From: Isurus oxyrinchus
Lineage: Eukaryota
Direction of reading: 5' to 3'
DNA: 64,000 bases
Assembly: GCA_026770705.1 (NCBI GenBank)
Contig: JANJGN010000017.1
Coordinates: 86,614,001 to 86,678,000, forward strand
A program made the translations under genes and the position numbers. Below, piece after piece: positions 36,442 through 49,690 of the stretch (the first letter of the stretch is position 1; each line of letters starts with the position of its first letter). The notes under the pieces are model-generated. The model had not been told where the DNA came from. It did not search any database and saw nothing but the letters and a program-made list of their open reading frames with translations.

Positions 36442-38096
36442 GTAACAGGGCGCATATAAGTCACTGATTATATTGGCGGCGGGGGTGGGGGTCGCTTGGG
36501 AAAGAGTGAATCTTCTGGGCAAGGAGGGGAGCAGAGCAGACAGGGTAGCGTGAAAATTAGAGTTGAACAGATTTTGTAAGAGACAGACAGATGTGAGTGA
36601 ATATGAGGGGTGATATAGGGAGTACTGTGCAGGAGAGAGTGGGACGACAAAAAGAGGGAGAAAGGAAAAGGAGACAATCAGGATGAAGAGGGGCGACCAG
36701 CGGGGTAGGGGTAGAAGCGGCTGAGGCAGGGAAATAGAGCTAGAAGGGTAAATGGGAATATAAATGAGTTGCGGAATGTAGTGAGCAGAGAAAAATATAT
36801 ATTTATAAATATATACATATGAGAGAGAGAGAAAGTGCAAATTGTGTCATCAAAAGCCGAATAGATTGGGGTGAAAGAATGGGATGACGGGGGGGGGGGG
36901 GGGGGTTGGGGGTGGGGGCAGCGGGTGGGGGGGGTGGGGAGACATAGAGCAGAAGAAGGAAGAGAATGTGAGGGGGTCGTTGAAGACGTAAGATTATGAA
37001 GACATCTTTTGGATACCAGCAATTGGGAATAGAACAGGGGGAGAGATGTCCTGGGGACTTTGGGGTAAGTGTAGGGAGCAGAGCGCAAACAGAGATAAAG
37101 TGGGACAGTAAAAAATGAGATTTGGCAAAGGTCGAAAAAAGGAGGTAAAACAGTAGGGAAACAGGGGAAATAGAGATCTGGAGGGGAGAAAGTGAGGCGG
37201 TAGGGACAGTTGAAGTTCGGAGAGAAAGTGAGCTATTTGAACACAGGATAAGGGAGGAAGGGAGAACTAGGAGGATGGAAGCAAAAGGTATGTGAGAAAG
37301 TGAAAAAGGACAGGAAACAATAATTTAATGGACCGAGTTAGAGGGGAAGAATTTGGAAGGAGATGCTGTGGGAAGGACAGGCGAGGGTTGGTGGGGGGGG
37401 GGGGGGGAGGGGGGGGGGCAACCGGAAAAAATGGAGAGCAGAGGAAAAGAGGGGAGGGATTGCAATTAAGCAGTGGAACAGAAAGAGATGGACTGCAGAG
37501 AGAAACCGAGTAGAGATAGACATGAAAGAGAGTGAAAGGGAAGAACGAGAGAACCATTGCTTAGACAAAGGGCAAGTTAAGAGAGGTGGGGGGGGCGGGG
37601 TGGAGAGAGAGAGAGAGAAAGCAAGAGAGAGATTGAGAGAGAAAGAGTTAGATGGAGACAGAGGGAGGCAGAGAGAGAGAGATGCAGAGACACAGAGGGA
37701 AATAAATAAAGTAAATGGACACAGAATACAGATGTGGTGTGAGAGAGTGATGATGAGAGGAACAGGAGTTTGGTGAGATAGAGATTTGCTAAAAAGCAAG
37801 TAGAGGGAGAGCGAGCCAGGAGAGATAGACTGAGAGGAGGAACAGAGAACGGCAAGAAAATAGTGGGCAGAGTATGTGACTGAGGGGAGAGGTAGGAAGG
37901 ATGGAGATCCAGGAGAGAGCGAGAGCAAATGGAGAGAGAGCAAATGGGGAGAGTCATTGATCATGGACAGGATGATTGGTTCAGAACAGTTCAGGAGAGG
38001 GAAAGAGACTTAATGTTCTGTATCTCTCTCCATTGGTGTATCACTATCTGGATTCACGTCATTGTCCTTGCTAATCTCTGTGTTTCTATCTCTCAG

Positions 38097-38216
38097 TTAG
38101 CCATTTTACAAATGCTTTTGCTTTCACTCAGCTATGTGGCCTCCTCTGTTCTCCCTTGAATGGGCTGATCTTGGACCGGCACAGGCGCAAAGGAAAATCC
38201 CCAGGCGCTGCTACAG
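38097..38216 (+). CDS. slc43a3: SLC43A3-like B exon 9 equivalent
   Basis: tctctcag|(V)SHFTNAFAFTQLCGLLCSPLNGLILDRHRRKGKSPGAAT|gtaatg; 120 nt. Confidence 0.93.
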
Positions 38217-38639
38217 GTAATGCGAACATGATCAATCAGCTCCCTCCCAGCCTCAGATCATCCAATTCAGATCCGAACAGGTCTCTTTGAGCTCCCTCCC
38301 AGCCTTATGTATTCCACACGTGTACATTCTGATCACTCCCTGCCTCTCGTAGTCCACGTGTGAAAAGTGAGTGCTATCCCACACTCGGTGAATGCACATG
38401 TGAACAATAAAATCAATGCCAACAACGAACAGTGCAGTTTTAGAGCACCTGTTCACCCCGAGCCTCTCCTAATTAAAATGGGGGCAAAGTTCCCTCAAAG
38501 CTTTTGGTATTCCAGTGTAAAAAGCCAGCTCCCTCAGCCCAAAGAAATCAAGTTGTGAACTCTCAGAATATCCTATTAACAGTTAATCGAGATGTGAGCA
38601 ATTAATTCTATCCCATTCTCAAGTAATACAGACTTTCAC

Positions 38640-40490
38640 AGTGGGTCCTTCCCAGAAGAATGTACCTTTATCCCTGCGACCAGGAGTGAAATCGAGATGC
38701 AGATGGAAGCTGGGTTTGAAGGGTTGGTGATGATGAAGCAGAGGGCGGGGAAGGGGCGGTGTTGTAGGTGCATGGGGTGATAATGAGTATTGGTCACGAG
38801 GGCAGTTGGTGTACGGGGAAATTGGGGGACACCCCTTCTCTCTGGGACTCATGTTAATTTTATGAAGCTGAATCTCTGGGAATGAAATTACTTTGTTACT
38901 TTATTTGTTCAATGGATGGGACCGTCGTTGTCAATACCACCATACATTGCCAATCCGGAATCGCCCGGTGAATGTGGTGCTGAACCATCTTCTTCCATTG
39001 TTGCAGTACATGTTGCGGTGCTATACCCAGCGTGCATTTCCTCAAGTCATCATTGTGTCCATTTTGACGCGAAAATTGCAGGTGCAAGAGTTTCCATGTG
39101 TTTGTTCAAGTTGCGCATCATGCTGGTCGATTTCGTTGGTTTAGAATTTCATTCAAAGGTGTATTTGCTTACTGCTGGGGTTGAAGCTTCAATGCTCCCC
39201 CCGCTAAATTCTGGAAAATTGTGAAAAAGGTGGTGTTCTCCAAACTAGTGAAGTTTGTGATCGTCATACTTATTGGATCTTACCGGTCAGCCATTCTCCC
39301 AGATGGTTCGAAGCAGACGCACATTGCGCTCAACATGTTTACTCGGTTTATCTCTCCTCAGGTGCAGGCTGAGCATTACATTCCATCATTTTCTGTTTTT
39401 TTTTTGTCCCTCCAAGACAACCCCTAATAAAGTTGTTATCAAAAGTGCACGACAAGCCACGGGAAGTGCTAAACATTCGGAGGATATGTCAACTGGAGTC
39501 ATGAACCTTAACCTCGGCCCCGTCGATGTCTTATGATATTTCGTCAAATATGGGCAACGGACCCTTCTGCTGATGATTATCTATCACTCTCCAGACGCTG
39601 TGAATCAGGATCCCTCCATATTTAACTCCTCTTAGAAGAAATATTTAGGCTATAAAGGAGGAAGAATGCACACGGGGCGAGGGAAATCAATGCCCACGGT
39701 CCAGTGGAGATCTTTGCACAAACATTGGAATTGGTTGCCAAGTCCTGGTGGATATTGGCAGCTAACTCAGACTGGGCGTGTGTGTAAGAGAACCCATTCG
39801 AGGGAAACTGCTGCTTAACACCTCGTTCACCGATCTCCTCTGGCGGATTTGTCAGTCCAAAATAACATTCTTTAGAGTCAAACCACATCATAATCTTTGT
39901 AGCGGCAGAGTTATGCCTTTACACTGAGAATAATATTCGTCATGTTATGTGGTTTTTTCAGGGTTCAAAATGGGTTAGTTAAAAATACACCCAACAGATC
40001 ATAACTGGACATGAAGCGCTGTGGGCCATCAGCTGCATCGCAATTGAATTCAGCCAAATCTTGAACTTCGTGGCCTTTCATACCCGGCCTTCAAACGTCA
40101 TAGTTCCCATCAAGAGAAGGGATAAATTCTGGCATTGAAGAATTTGAAACTATCTTTCGTGGGAATTTTTGAATGGATATATCAGCTGGGCCGACTCCAC
40201 AGAATGTAAACCACAGATGCCCGTCTTCAGCCTATCAGTTAATTCCACAGGGTAGTCAGCAAACGGCTGAAGACAAGCTACGGAGGCGCTGCTGCCTGTA
40301 TTCCGTTCTGCAATACCGATAATAAAGACTCGGTAATTAGTTTCATGCCAAACCGAGAACTTCCAGTAGAACTACATCACTGTCATTTTACCGACAAGAT
40401 GGACAATTTCGCAGGCACCCCTTCTCTGTAAAACAGCCCAGAGCAAATTCAATCAATCCAATCAGCATAGCCAGAAATCCTGGCCCCATA
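38640..40490 (-). mobile_element. Possible decayed DNA transposon (hAT-like) in intron of B
   Basis: Coding-like composition with weak motifs IAMQLMAH (cf. HCxAH) and NDDLRKC..QQW. Confidence 0.3.
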
Positions 40491-41555
40491 CCCATCAGCG
40501 CACTCATTATCATGAGCAAAGCGAACTGTCAAGGGAAACGTATTCAGCTTCAACCTGCTCCCGTATATTCAGTTTGGGTTCTGCCATTGAGATAACCTTG
40601 GCCAGAAATGGACAGGACAGCTCAAATCAAACGTTAGATTTGGATGGCGGGCCTTGGTATCATGTTAGCATGTGACCGCATGCGACATCAAGGAGTCCCA
40701 ATAAAATTGAAGCCACTGAAAATGACAGGAAAGCTCTCCAGTAGCTGGAGTCATTCCTCGTACAAATGATGTTTTATATTATTATTGCCAATTCCTCACA
40801 AAACTAGGACAATTCCACAGTTGTTTGGTAAAATACTGTCCTGAGCACGACCTTCTTTAATTGCTTGATCAATAACATTCTGAACATCCAGAGGTATGAA
40901 TGCCCATTGGAGATTTGCCAATGTTCAGTGTCATACGCAACTATTCAGTTACGGAAGCTATCTGATCCAGGATTAAGCAAGTCCTGGAGAGCGTGTAGAC
41001 ATGTGCTTATAAGTGGCAAGTAAGTGCCAGCAACGACAATCTCCAGCAATTGAGCACATGATCTGCTCGGCTGTGGTGATATGGTAATACCATCGCTGAA
41101 GATCCAACCGCTATTGTCCCGGGTTTTACCATTGAGCAGAAGCTCAACTGGAGCAGCCGAATAAATGCTGCGGCTGCAGGAACAAGCCAGAGGCCGTGAA
41201 AGCTTGGGATGCTATTCAACTGCTCACTCCCAAAAGATTTTCCACAGTCTACAAGAAACAAGTCAGGAATATGATATAAATATTTGCAACTATCTGGGTG
41301 AGGGCAAAAACAACAATAATGAACACAGTCAGTACAAAGTTAAACAAAACAGGCTACTAGAATGGCACCCCTTTCACCATTCTAATCTTTAATTCCATCC
41401 ACCACGGGATTCGTGTGCGCAATTGTTCTCTCTGGGATGATTGCGGAGAGGATTCACAACTCTCTCTGCAACTGGATTGGGCCCAACGTATTTTGACAGA
41501 TCCGCCTGACCATTATGAATGTTTTACATTTATTGCCTTTCTTGTTGCTCCTCAG

Positions 41556-41748
41556 AATCTGTCACTTCCCAGAGACTGGCTGACATGAAATCTGCGGTGT
41601 TGTCTCTTGCCATCACAGTCACGCAGTGTGTCATTTTTGCAATCTTCGCCACTATTCCTGAGCTGGATGTCCAGTATCTGACATTCGCCATGCAAGTGAT
41701 TAACCGGTCGTTCCTGTTTGGGGGAAACGCCACATTCATCACTATTGC
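41556..41748 (+). CDS. slc43a3: SLC43A3-like B exon 10 equivalent
   Basis: ctcctcag|...RLADMKSAVLSLAITVTQCVIFAIFATIPELDVQYLTFAMQVINRSFLFGGNATFITI|gtaagt; 193 nt. Confidence 0.93.
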
Positions 41749-42145
41749 GTAAGTAAATCCATGACATGCAGGGAGGGAATGCACATCTGCACAGTCAAAA
41801 TAAGGTCAAACGGAATGGAATTGTGAGACCAAGAGCCCGTACAGTCTCCTGTCATATCATTGCTTTGGGAACTCTAAGGCCAGGAATCAACCCGTGTTCG
41901 CTTGCACATTGTGTGATCGACAAGAATGTTAATAACGTGGAGTTCATTTCACAAGAATGTTGAAATGAATATCAAGGACACTTTTAACGAGATTCGCAGT
42001 GAAAATATGAGGTTGGGTAGAGTTGGAGGATATGCTGATCTGTAGGCTATAGGCAAAATTTCGAGATGAAGATGAATCTTCAGTTTCTCTGCTTCTGGAA
42101 TTGAAATCATTGACTGAAGCTGCTGGTCTGTTCTTCTTTTTGCAG

Positions 42146-42269
42146 ATTCCCTCCCTGTCACTTCGGGAAAATCTTTGGCCTGGCACTGGCTGTCTCGGCA
42201 GTTGTGTCTCTTCTGCAGTACCCTAGCGTCGCTCTGGTCCTGGGGCCTCTACAACACAATCCTTTGTAT
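42146..42269 (+). CDS. slc43a3: SLC43A3-like B exon 11 equivalent
   Basis: ttttgcag|A FPPCHFGKIFGLALAVSAVVSLLQYPSVALVLGPLQHNPLY|gtaagt; 124 nt. Confidence 0.93.
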
Positions 42270-42321
42270 GTAAGTTGAGGCTAATTTCGGGAAGCCAATG
42301 ATAATCCTCGGTTTTAGAGAC

Positions 42322-43263
42322 NNNNNNNNNNNNNNNNNNNNNNNNNNNNNNNNNNNNNNNNNNNNNNNNNNNNNNNNNNNNNNNNNNNNNNNNNNNNNNN
42401 NNNNNNNNNNNNNNNNNNNNNNNNNNNNNNNNNNNNNNNNNNNNNNNNNNNNNNNNNNNNNNNNNNNNNNNNNNNNNNNNNNNNNNNNNNNNNNNNNNNN
42501 NNNNNNNNNNNNNNNNNNNNNNNNNNNNNNNNNNNNNNNNNNNNNNNNNNNNNNNNNNNNNNNNNNNNNNNNNNNNNNNNNNNNNNNNNNNNNNNNNNNN
42601 NNNNNNNNNNNNNNNNNNNNNNNNNNNNNNNNNNNNNNNNNNNNNNNNNNNNNNNNNNNNNNNNNNNNNNNNNNNNNNNNNNNNNNNNNNNNNNNNNNNN
42701 NNNNNNNNNNNNNNNNNNNNNNNNNNNNNNNNNNNNNNNNNNNNNNNNNNNNNNNNNNNNNNNNNNNNNNNNNNNNNNNNNNNNNNNNNNNNNNNNNNNN
42801 NNNNNNNNNNNNNNNNNNNNNNNNNNNNNNNNNNNNNNNNNNNNNNNNNNNNNNNNNNNNNNNNNNNNNNNNNNNNNNNNNNNNNNNNNNNNNNNNNNNN
42901 NNNNNNNNNNNNNNNNNNNNNNNNNNNNNNNNNNNNNNNNNNNNNNNNNNNNNNNNNNNNNNNNNNNNNNNNNNNNNNNNNNNNNNNNNNNNNNNNNNNN
43001 NNNNNNNNNNNNNNNNNNNNNNNNNNNNNNNNNNNNNNNNNNNNNNNNNNNNNNNNNNNNNNNNNNNNNNNNNNNNNNNNNNNNNNNNNNNNNNNNNNNN
43101 NNNNNNNNNNNNNNNNNNNNNNNNNNNNNNNNNNNNNNNNNNNNNNNNNNNNNNNNNNNNNNNNNNNNNNNNNNNNNNNNNNNNNNNNNNNNNNNNNNNN
43201 NNNNNNNNNNNNNNNNNNNNNNNNNNNNNNNNNNNNNNNNNNNNNNNNNNNNNNNNNNNNNNN
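42322..43263. other. Assembly gap (N)
   Basis: Run of N. Confidence 1.
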
Positions 43264-43769
43264 TATAGAAGGACAGGTACAGATGCATTGAAAAACAGAA
43301 GAAGGCATTTTAGCTGGGGGAAAGGTTGAAACCTGAAGTCAACCACAGACAATACGTCGAGTATCAATGTGGAAACATGGTTTCTTTCATTCCAAAATAA
43401 CCCCACCCTCCCACCCTGCCAGACAGACCTGAGGAAGTTATTTTTCTCTGACCAGAGAGGGTTAAGGTAATGTTTGTTCGTGGTGTTCTAAACTATGAGC
43501 GGTTTTGGTGTAGAAATAAAAGAGGAGCCGTTTCCAAAGACAGAGGACAAAGACTGATGCTGATTTGCAAAAGAAAAGAAACAGAGCGGACATGAGTGAA
43601 GCAAGTTTTCATGCAACGACTGGTGAGAAATAAAAGCTCATTGCTTGGAGAGCATTGTGATTTAACAACGGCCTTCAGAATTTAATTTGACAAGGGCTTG
43701 TAGGACGATTATGCAGGGATAAAATGAAATAAATGTGTAGCGGAACCACTTCGAATGAGACAGCACAGG

Positions 43770-45330
43770 AACAAAGGCACAATAACACAAGAAATGGGAG
43801 CCCGTGGAGCCAACTAGGCTATTCAATACAATCATGCTCGTTCGCGGGCTTCAACTCCACTTGCCTGACAGATCCTATATCCATTAATTCACTGAGCAGC
43901 CAGAAGTCAATCTGTTCCATCTTTAATTTTGTTAAACGATGGAACTCCAAAAGCATTCTGAGGTAAAGAATGCCAATTATTCATAGCCATTCGAGAGAGA
44001 GAAATCCATCTCCTCTCAGCCCGAAATGATATGACCCTCATCCTGAGACTCTGTGCCTGTGTTTTATACCCCCTGACAAGTGAGGGTGTCTCAGATACTA
44101 GCCTATTCAGTTTCTTACAAAAATTATACATGTTCCACAAACACAGAATCTCATTATTTTTCTTTCCCTGGATTGCAGGATCAATTAACTCAGCCTCTCT
44201 CTGAGGCAACAGCCTCATCTCAAAGACCAATTTTGTGAACCTTCAATGTGCCATCCCTAATGCAATATATTTGTTTCTAGAACTTGGGTACCAATAGTGT
44301 GCGCAGTAATCCAGATGATGTTGTCTCAAACCCTTTACAAGTTTATTGAGGCTTATTTTTTGACAGTTCCTGCAATGAAGTAGACTTGCTTTGAAAGTCA
44401 ATATGCACTTAATCTTTCTAGGCAGCTGCAGTACCTTCATGTTTAAATTCTGCTTTTGCTTTCCTTGTAGAAGCACACCCAATTCTCTTTGAACGTCAAT
44501 ATTTATACGCGGTTTATCAGAATATTCTGCTTTTCTACTCTTATAGACAAAGTGATTTACCTCACAGCTCTCTGCATTATATCCCATCTTCAAGCTTGTT
44601 ACCCATTTAATTTACTTATCTATATATCTTTGCAGACACTCCGTGGTATCTCCGCACCTGAAAGTTTCACAAAGCTTGCATCATTAGCAAACTTAGGTAC
44701 ATTACTCTCAGCCTGTTCATCTACAGCAATAATATATATTCCAAGTACCTGAAGCCACAGTACTGATTCTTGAGGCTTTTTACTTTTTCCTGCATGGCAC
44801 TTTGAAGACAAATCCAGTTTGTGGCCACTCTGTGCTTTCTGCAAGTTAACTAATCCTGTGCACATATTAATATATTGTCCAACTCAAATCACTTATCTTG
44901 CCTTTGGTATGCCACCTGAACAAATGTCTTTTGGAAATCTAACTAAAGGAAATCTATTAATTCCCCTTTAGCTACCCTACGGTTACATGCTAAGAAGGTT
45001 CTAATAAATTTGTAAAACATGATTTACATTTACTGAAACATTTATGAATTGTTCTAATCATGCTTTGCTTTTCTGAGTGCATCCTTAAAACTTCTTTTCA
45101 AATACATTTCAGAATTTTCCAAATGCTGACCTTTGGCTAATCGCTCTCCATTTCATTTCTTTTCTCATGAAAAACGGTGTAATATTTGCCAACTTTGAAA
45201 CTGATTAAATAGTTCCTATTCGACAGAATATTGGAGAACCATTGCTACACCTGTAGCTTTTTCTTCTCGAAAACATTGGCATAGGTCCCGGGGACTTTTC
45301 GAAATTTAGTTCATTAAGGTTCTCCATTTC
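43770..45330 (-). mobile_element. Old CR1 LINE fragment in last intron of B
   Basis: Decayed LDYCAHYWYP, VQRELGVL and NNWHSLPQ motifs; CR1-type 3' tail near 43770. Confidence 0.8.
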
Positions 45331-45407
45331 TCTTTGATGAGAAGCATTTGAGATAACCGTTTACTGAATATTAACTCTTTCTGCCTTGTTTACCCTTCTT
45401 GACGCAG

Positions 45408-45818
45408 CTGAACATTGGATTTATCGCCCTGGTAAGCCTGGCTTACGTCCATCCCATCAATGTCCACATGACCTGTCGTCTCGCCTGTTTTGTCTCTCTC
45501 TTCCTTTCCCTTTCGCTGACGTTCTCTCTTTCCATTGCTAAGTCAACTGGTTTTCTCTGTATTGACCTTCTTTTTCATTATTCATCTCCTTCTCTCCCAT
45601 CCCATCACTTCCCATTTCACGTTCTCCCATCCACTGCCGCTTGCCTAATTGCTGTCTTTGTCTCCTTCCTCCAGTTCACCTCACTCGACCCGTCTTCTCT
45701 CCTTCTGTCCTGGTCATTCGCCTTCCACCCACTTACTTCCCTCATTTTCATGTCCACCCCCATTATCCATCTTAATTCTAAATACTTTCCTTCACGTGGT
45801 TCAGCATTTGGCTTTTAA
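45408..45818 (+). CDS. slc43a3: SLC43A3-like B terminal coding exon (homology ends near 45480, then read-through to stop at 45818)
   Basis: gacgcag|LNIGFIALVSLAYVHPINVHMTCR matches the last TM helix (HP motif); the frame then stays open through CT-rich DNA. Confidence 0.75.
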   Translation: MNIGFIALVSLAYVHPINVHMTCRLACFVSLFLSLSLTFSLSIAKSTGFLCIDLLFHYSSPSLPSHHFPFHVLPSTAACLIAVFVSFLQFTSLDPSSLLLSWSFAFHPLTSLIFMSTPIIHLNSKYFPSRGSAFGF

Positions 45819-47119
45819 TGATGATGAAACTGAGGGCCACAGTAGTGTCTCAGTTATCCAAAAGTTAATTTTGTTTTATGTCAGCCTGAAAAAGCATTGC
45901 CCAGCCTAGCAATGCATTGCAATTCATTTTTAATGATAAAAACGTGGGGCCCACAACAACAGCTGTGTTCCTCAGGAAGAATACCTCCACCCGACATGTA
46001 CGACTCACTGTTCAGGGAAAGCAATGCACTTTTGCTAAGTTGCTGTTACAAATTAGATTTAATTGTTTCGGGGATACAGTATAATGTTTGATTACGTGGA
46101 GATTAAGCATGTACTTTTTAGTTTCTGGTAATTAAGATTCATGGTAATACACTAAAGAAGTTCCAGAACCCTATTTTCTTGGTAATAAATTAAGAGCTGG
46201 CAAACATATCACGATGTACACTTGACTGAATCTGTTTAAATGAACAGAAAGGGATTATCTATTAGTTATAATCCCAGAACAACATTAGCAAAATTGAAAA
46301 CAACAAGTTCTTGCTGACATCAACAGGATCCATTGCAAAATCATGACCCCCCCCACCCACACCCCCCCACCACCACCACCACCGCCACCCCTCTCCCCCC
46401 ACCGCATCCCCCCCCCCCCCCCCCCCCCCGGCCCCCTCCTATCAGGTGACGTTTCTTGCTGAATGGACATTGGACCACTGGGCACGAGGGTGAATATCCC
46501 TGTTCTTCATCCTACTGTTACCAGGATCTATTACCAACACAGAAGAGGGAAGACAGGGGGTTAAGTGGAAACTGTTATCCATAAAGTTGGACCAGGATTG
46601 TTCAAAACTTGTCTGCCCAAATAAACTCTACAAGGCCCATGATCACATTTGTGGGCTGAATCATTTACACCACGTTTTAGAAGAGCCTTTAACGATTTAA
46701 TATTCCAATAATTACCTTCTCTATTCTAAACGTTCAGGTCCCATACCACAAAGTTCTCACACTTCTTCTAAAGCATGGTTTGTGCGTTCAAATCTCCCCC
46801 ATGGTTTTATCAATTTTGACTGATCTTTCCCAGTTCATGGCGAATTATAACAGGGTTACAAACTTAACAAGGACAGTTCACGATGCACATTACAAACAGT
46901 CCTCAGCAGTTTCACTCTTCAGTCCACATACAATATCCTAATTATTTCATGTTATGCCTGACTCACCAATACATGCAGAAATTTCACATTTACTGGAATA
47001 ATTGACAAGGCCTGTGGATTGATGAAAGACGACCCAGCTGCATGTTATTCAATAATTAATCTTGTGTTGACTTGATAATCCTTGTGTTACATTGTATGTT
47101 CTCAAAATTTCTGAAATCA

Positions 47120-48200
47120 GCAATTTCCCCAGAGAGTACTTGAACTTTCAAGTTGTCCAAATGGAGCTAAGAAAAACATCCCTTCTGCCCCAACTCTTGC
47201 ATCTTCATGCCTAAGAACACAGAACAGGCAGAAACAGTGAGAGTTAGTGCGTTCATGGTTTTGTGAGTGCGAGAAAGACAAAGTAATAGAATGAGTGAAA
47301 TATACAGAGATAGAAGAGTTTCCATCCCTCAAATCCACACTCTCTCAATTTCTCTCCTTCCATCCCCCTCTCCCCACCCCCCACCCCCACGCCCACTCTC
47401 TCTGTCTTGCTTACCATATCGTCAATGTCCAATGATTCCCCATCACTATCCAAGAGGATGTTGTTAACAACAGGAGAGTTGGAAGATCTACACATTCACG
47501 AATCAGTGACTGTGGCTGTCCTCAACATTAACTCTGGGACGCAAAAACTCTCATGCACCAATCAAGCATGCAGAAAAAAAAAACCCTTCCTTGATTTCGA
47601 GCTGCAAACTTCCATGATCTGAAGCAACAGTGCTCCTCCTTGTTGAAGCTCAATTGAATGATGAGCTGAGGGGAGAAAGGGCACAGCATGTCCATCACAA
47701 ACAAGGAACTGGAAGCACCATTTCTGACGTAACTGGTTGAATATTGATGGACAGTTCTGTCAGACCTCGCCAGTGGCCGCTTTTGAGAGAACCAACAGTG
47801 GGAAAAAAAGAAATCAATTTGATATCATACTCAGATATCTAACAGTCGCTGTTCCATGTGGCCATGACTGAACCGGGAAGAATAGCCAAATACGGTTCTG
47901 GTGGAGAAGTGCCCCGCCTTCACACTGAGGGTGCCATGTGAAATGTACTTGGGCAATACCAAAGTCCTAAATTCGATAGCACCAGATCGGATATAGCCTT
48001 TTAACACTTAGCATTTGAGATGCGCTATGGACCATCAGGAGCAGCATAACTGCATTGAACGATAATCTGTCACCTCATGTTCTGCCCTATTCTTCATTCT
48101 GCGCCCGCCATCAATCCAGGAAATGAACTCTGTTTCAATAAGCAATTCAAGAGGTTGTTATAAAATAGGACCAGTCAAACATCACAATGATGCATCTGCC
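47120..48200 (-). mobile_element. Possible PIF/Harbinger transposase remnant
   Basis: Ordered decayed motifs across frames: DGHAVP, RKGFF, DS*MCRSS, LLDSDG, ARVGAE..FGQL, resembling DGTHV / NRKGF / HDS / LLGDSG / ARV.VE.AFG. Confidence 0.4.
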
Positions 48201-49690
48201 TGGTAAATCTGCAACACAGGAAAAAAGCATGCAAAACAGGAGAAACAATACATTTTGGAGCAAAATCGCTCAACCAATGAATCAGTTCAAAGTGCTGCAG
48301 CCCTTTCACATACACTCGTGAACGGTATTGAAGAACTAACAAACTAACTGGGTGAGGACGATGCAGAAACCACCTCATCCACAATGATGCGTGAGATTGA
48401 CAAACAAGTGCAAAAGTACGAGCAGGAATATTTGCACTGATATAGAGAAACACATATGCTAGTTTTCAGCAATTCATTTTTGTTCCAAATGGGAGAATCA
48501 AAAAAGATTAAGCACATTGTGTGCATCAAAGGCTACGTCCTAGGACAATATCGTGGCTGTAGAGTAGTGTTCCTAGCTTCATAATTAGCCATTCGCATAG
48601 CAAAGATTTCCCAGGGTTACAAGAGACATTGATATATATCAATAATCGTGGAATTTAGCCGAGGTTTGAATTTTCCACAAAAGTGAGAACTATCCAATTT
48701 GTCCAATTATACGTCAATGAATCTAGTCCTTTTGGCCAACTAAGTGAAAGGAGGTGTCAACGAGAGTTGTATGAAGCGGCTGTTAATCGGAAATAATGTG
48801 CACACCTATGCTCAGCATGGATTCCAACAGAACCATTTGCTGAAGACCTCGCTCAAACGATGCACAAAAGTGGTATATTCAAAAGTGAAATCATTGCACT
48901 TGATATCAAGGCAAAATTTGTCCGAATGGTGCACCAAACTATCAGAGGAATAAGGACGTTAATGGGAATAATATTGAAAACTCCGTGCGCATTGCAGTTA
49001 TACCTCGAAAAAGGATGATGGTTATGTTGTGGAATCTGTCATCACAGACTCAGTACTTTTCTGCTGAAGTTCATTAGGACTGTCCAATAGGCCTGAACAT
49101 CTTCAGCTAATTCAACAATGAATATCCAGGCACTTAAGATCAGAAGTGGTGACTTTCGCTGAGCTCTATCTACCATTTAGGCCCATTTGTAACTCATTAT
49201 GCAGCAAGACGTGAATAACATTCATGGTTGGCAGATAACTGGCAAATAGCATTCTCAAAAACAATTTTCTGAAAAAGCTAATCTCCAAAAATAAATAATA
49301 AATAACCTAACCTTGAGAGCAGGGGAATTAACATCAATTAATTTCGCATCTTAATCATTGAGCGAATTCCTGTTGAGCAAACATTGATTGAACCAACATT
49401 AAGTGCTATGGATAGAAGAGCAGAGCAGAAGATGGTTATTGTTTGGCGTCTATCTTAAAACCTAACAGCCCGAAGCCTGACAAACATCCACAGAGACTCA
49501 GAACTCAGGAATGAGACAGATTCCACTTGATTGCATGGATGCACTCAAATACACACCAGATGTTCGATAGGATCCTCAACAAAGAAATCCGCTTGATCAT
49601 CAGCCCAAACAGCTCCTTAAATAATCGTTTCGTCAACATTATTGTAAAGTGACTGCAGTTTTCAGGGGCTAATAAGTACATTGCAGCAAC

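Larger units (their letters stand above)
27429..45818 (+). pseudogene. slc43a3: SLC43A3 (ENBT1)-like paralog B, near full length, probably disabled
   Basis: 11 exons with SLC43A3 motifs. The 47-nt exon is missing, the next exon has a 1-nt deletion and a TT donor, and the terminal exon runs into low-complexity DNA. Confidence 0.8.

Noticed and set aside
42223-43406. 300+ aa ORFs (also 4060-4308 and 59453-60229)
   Set aside because: They span N gaps.
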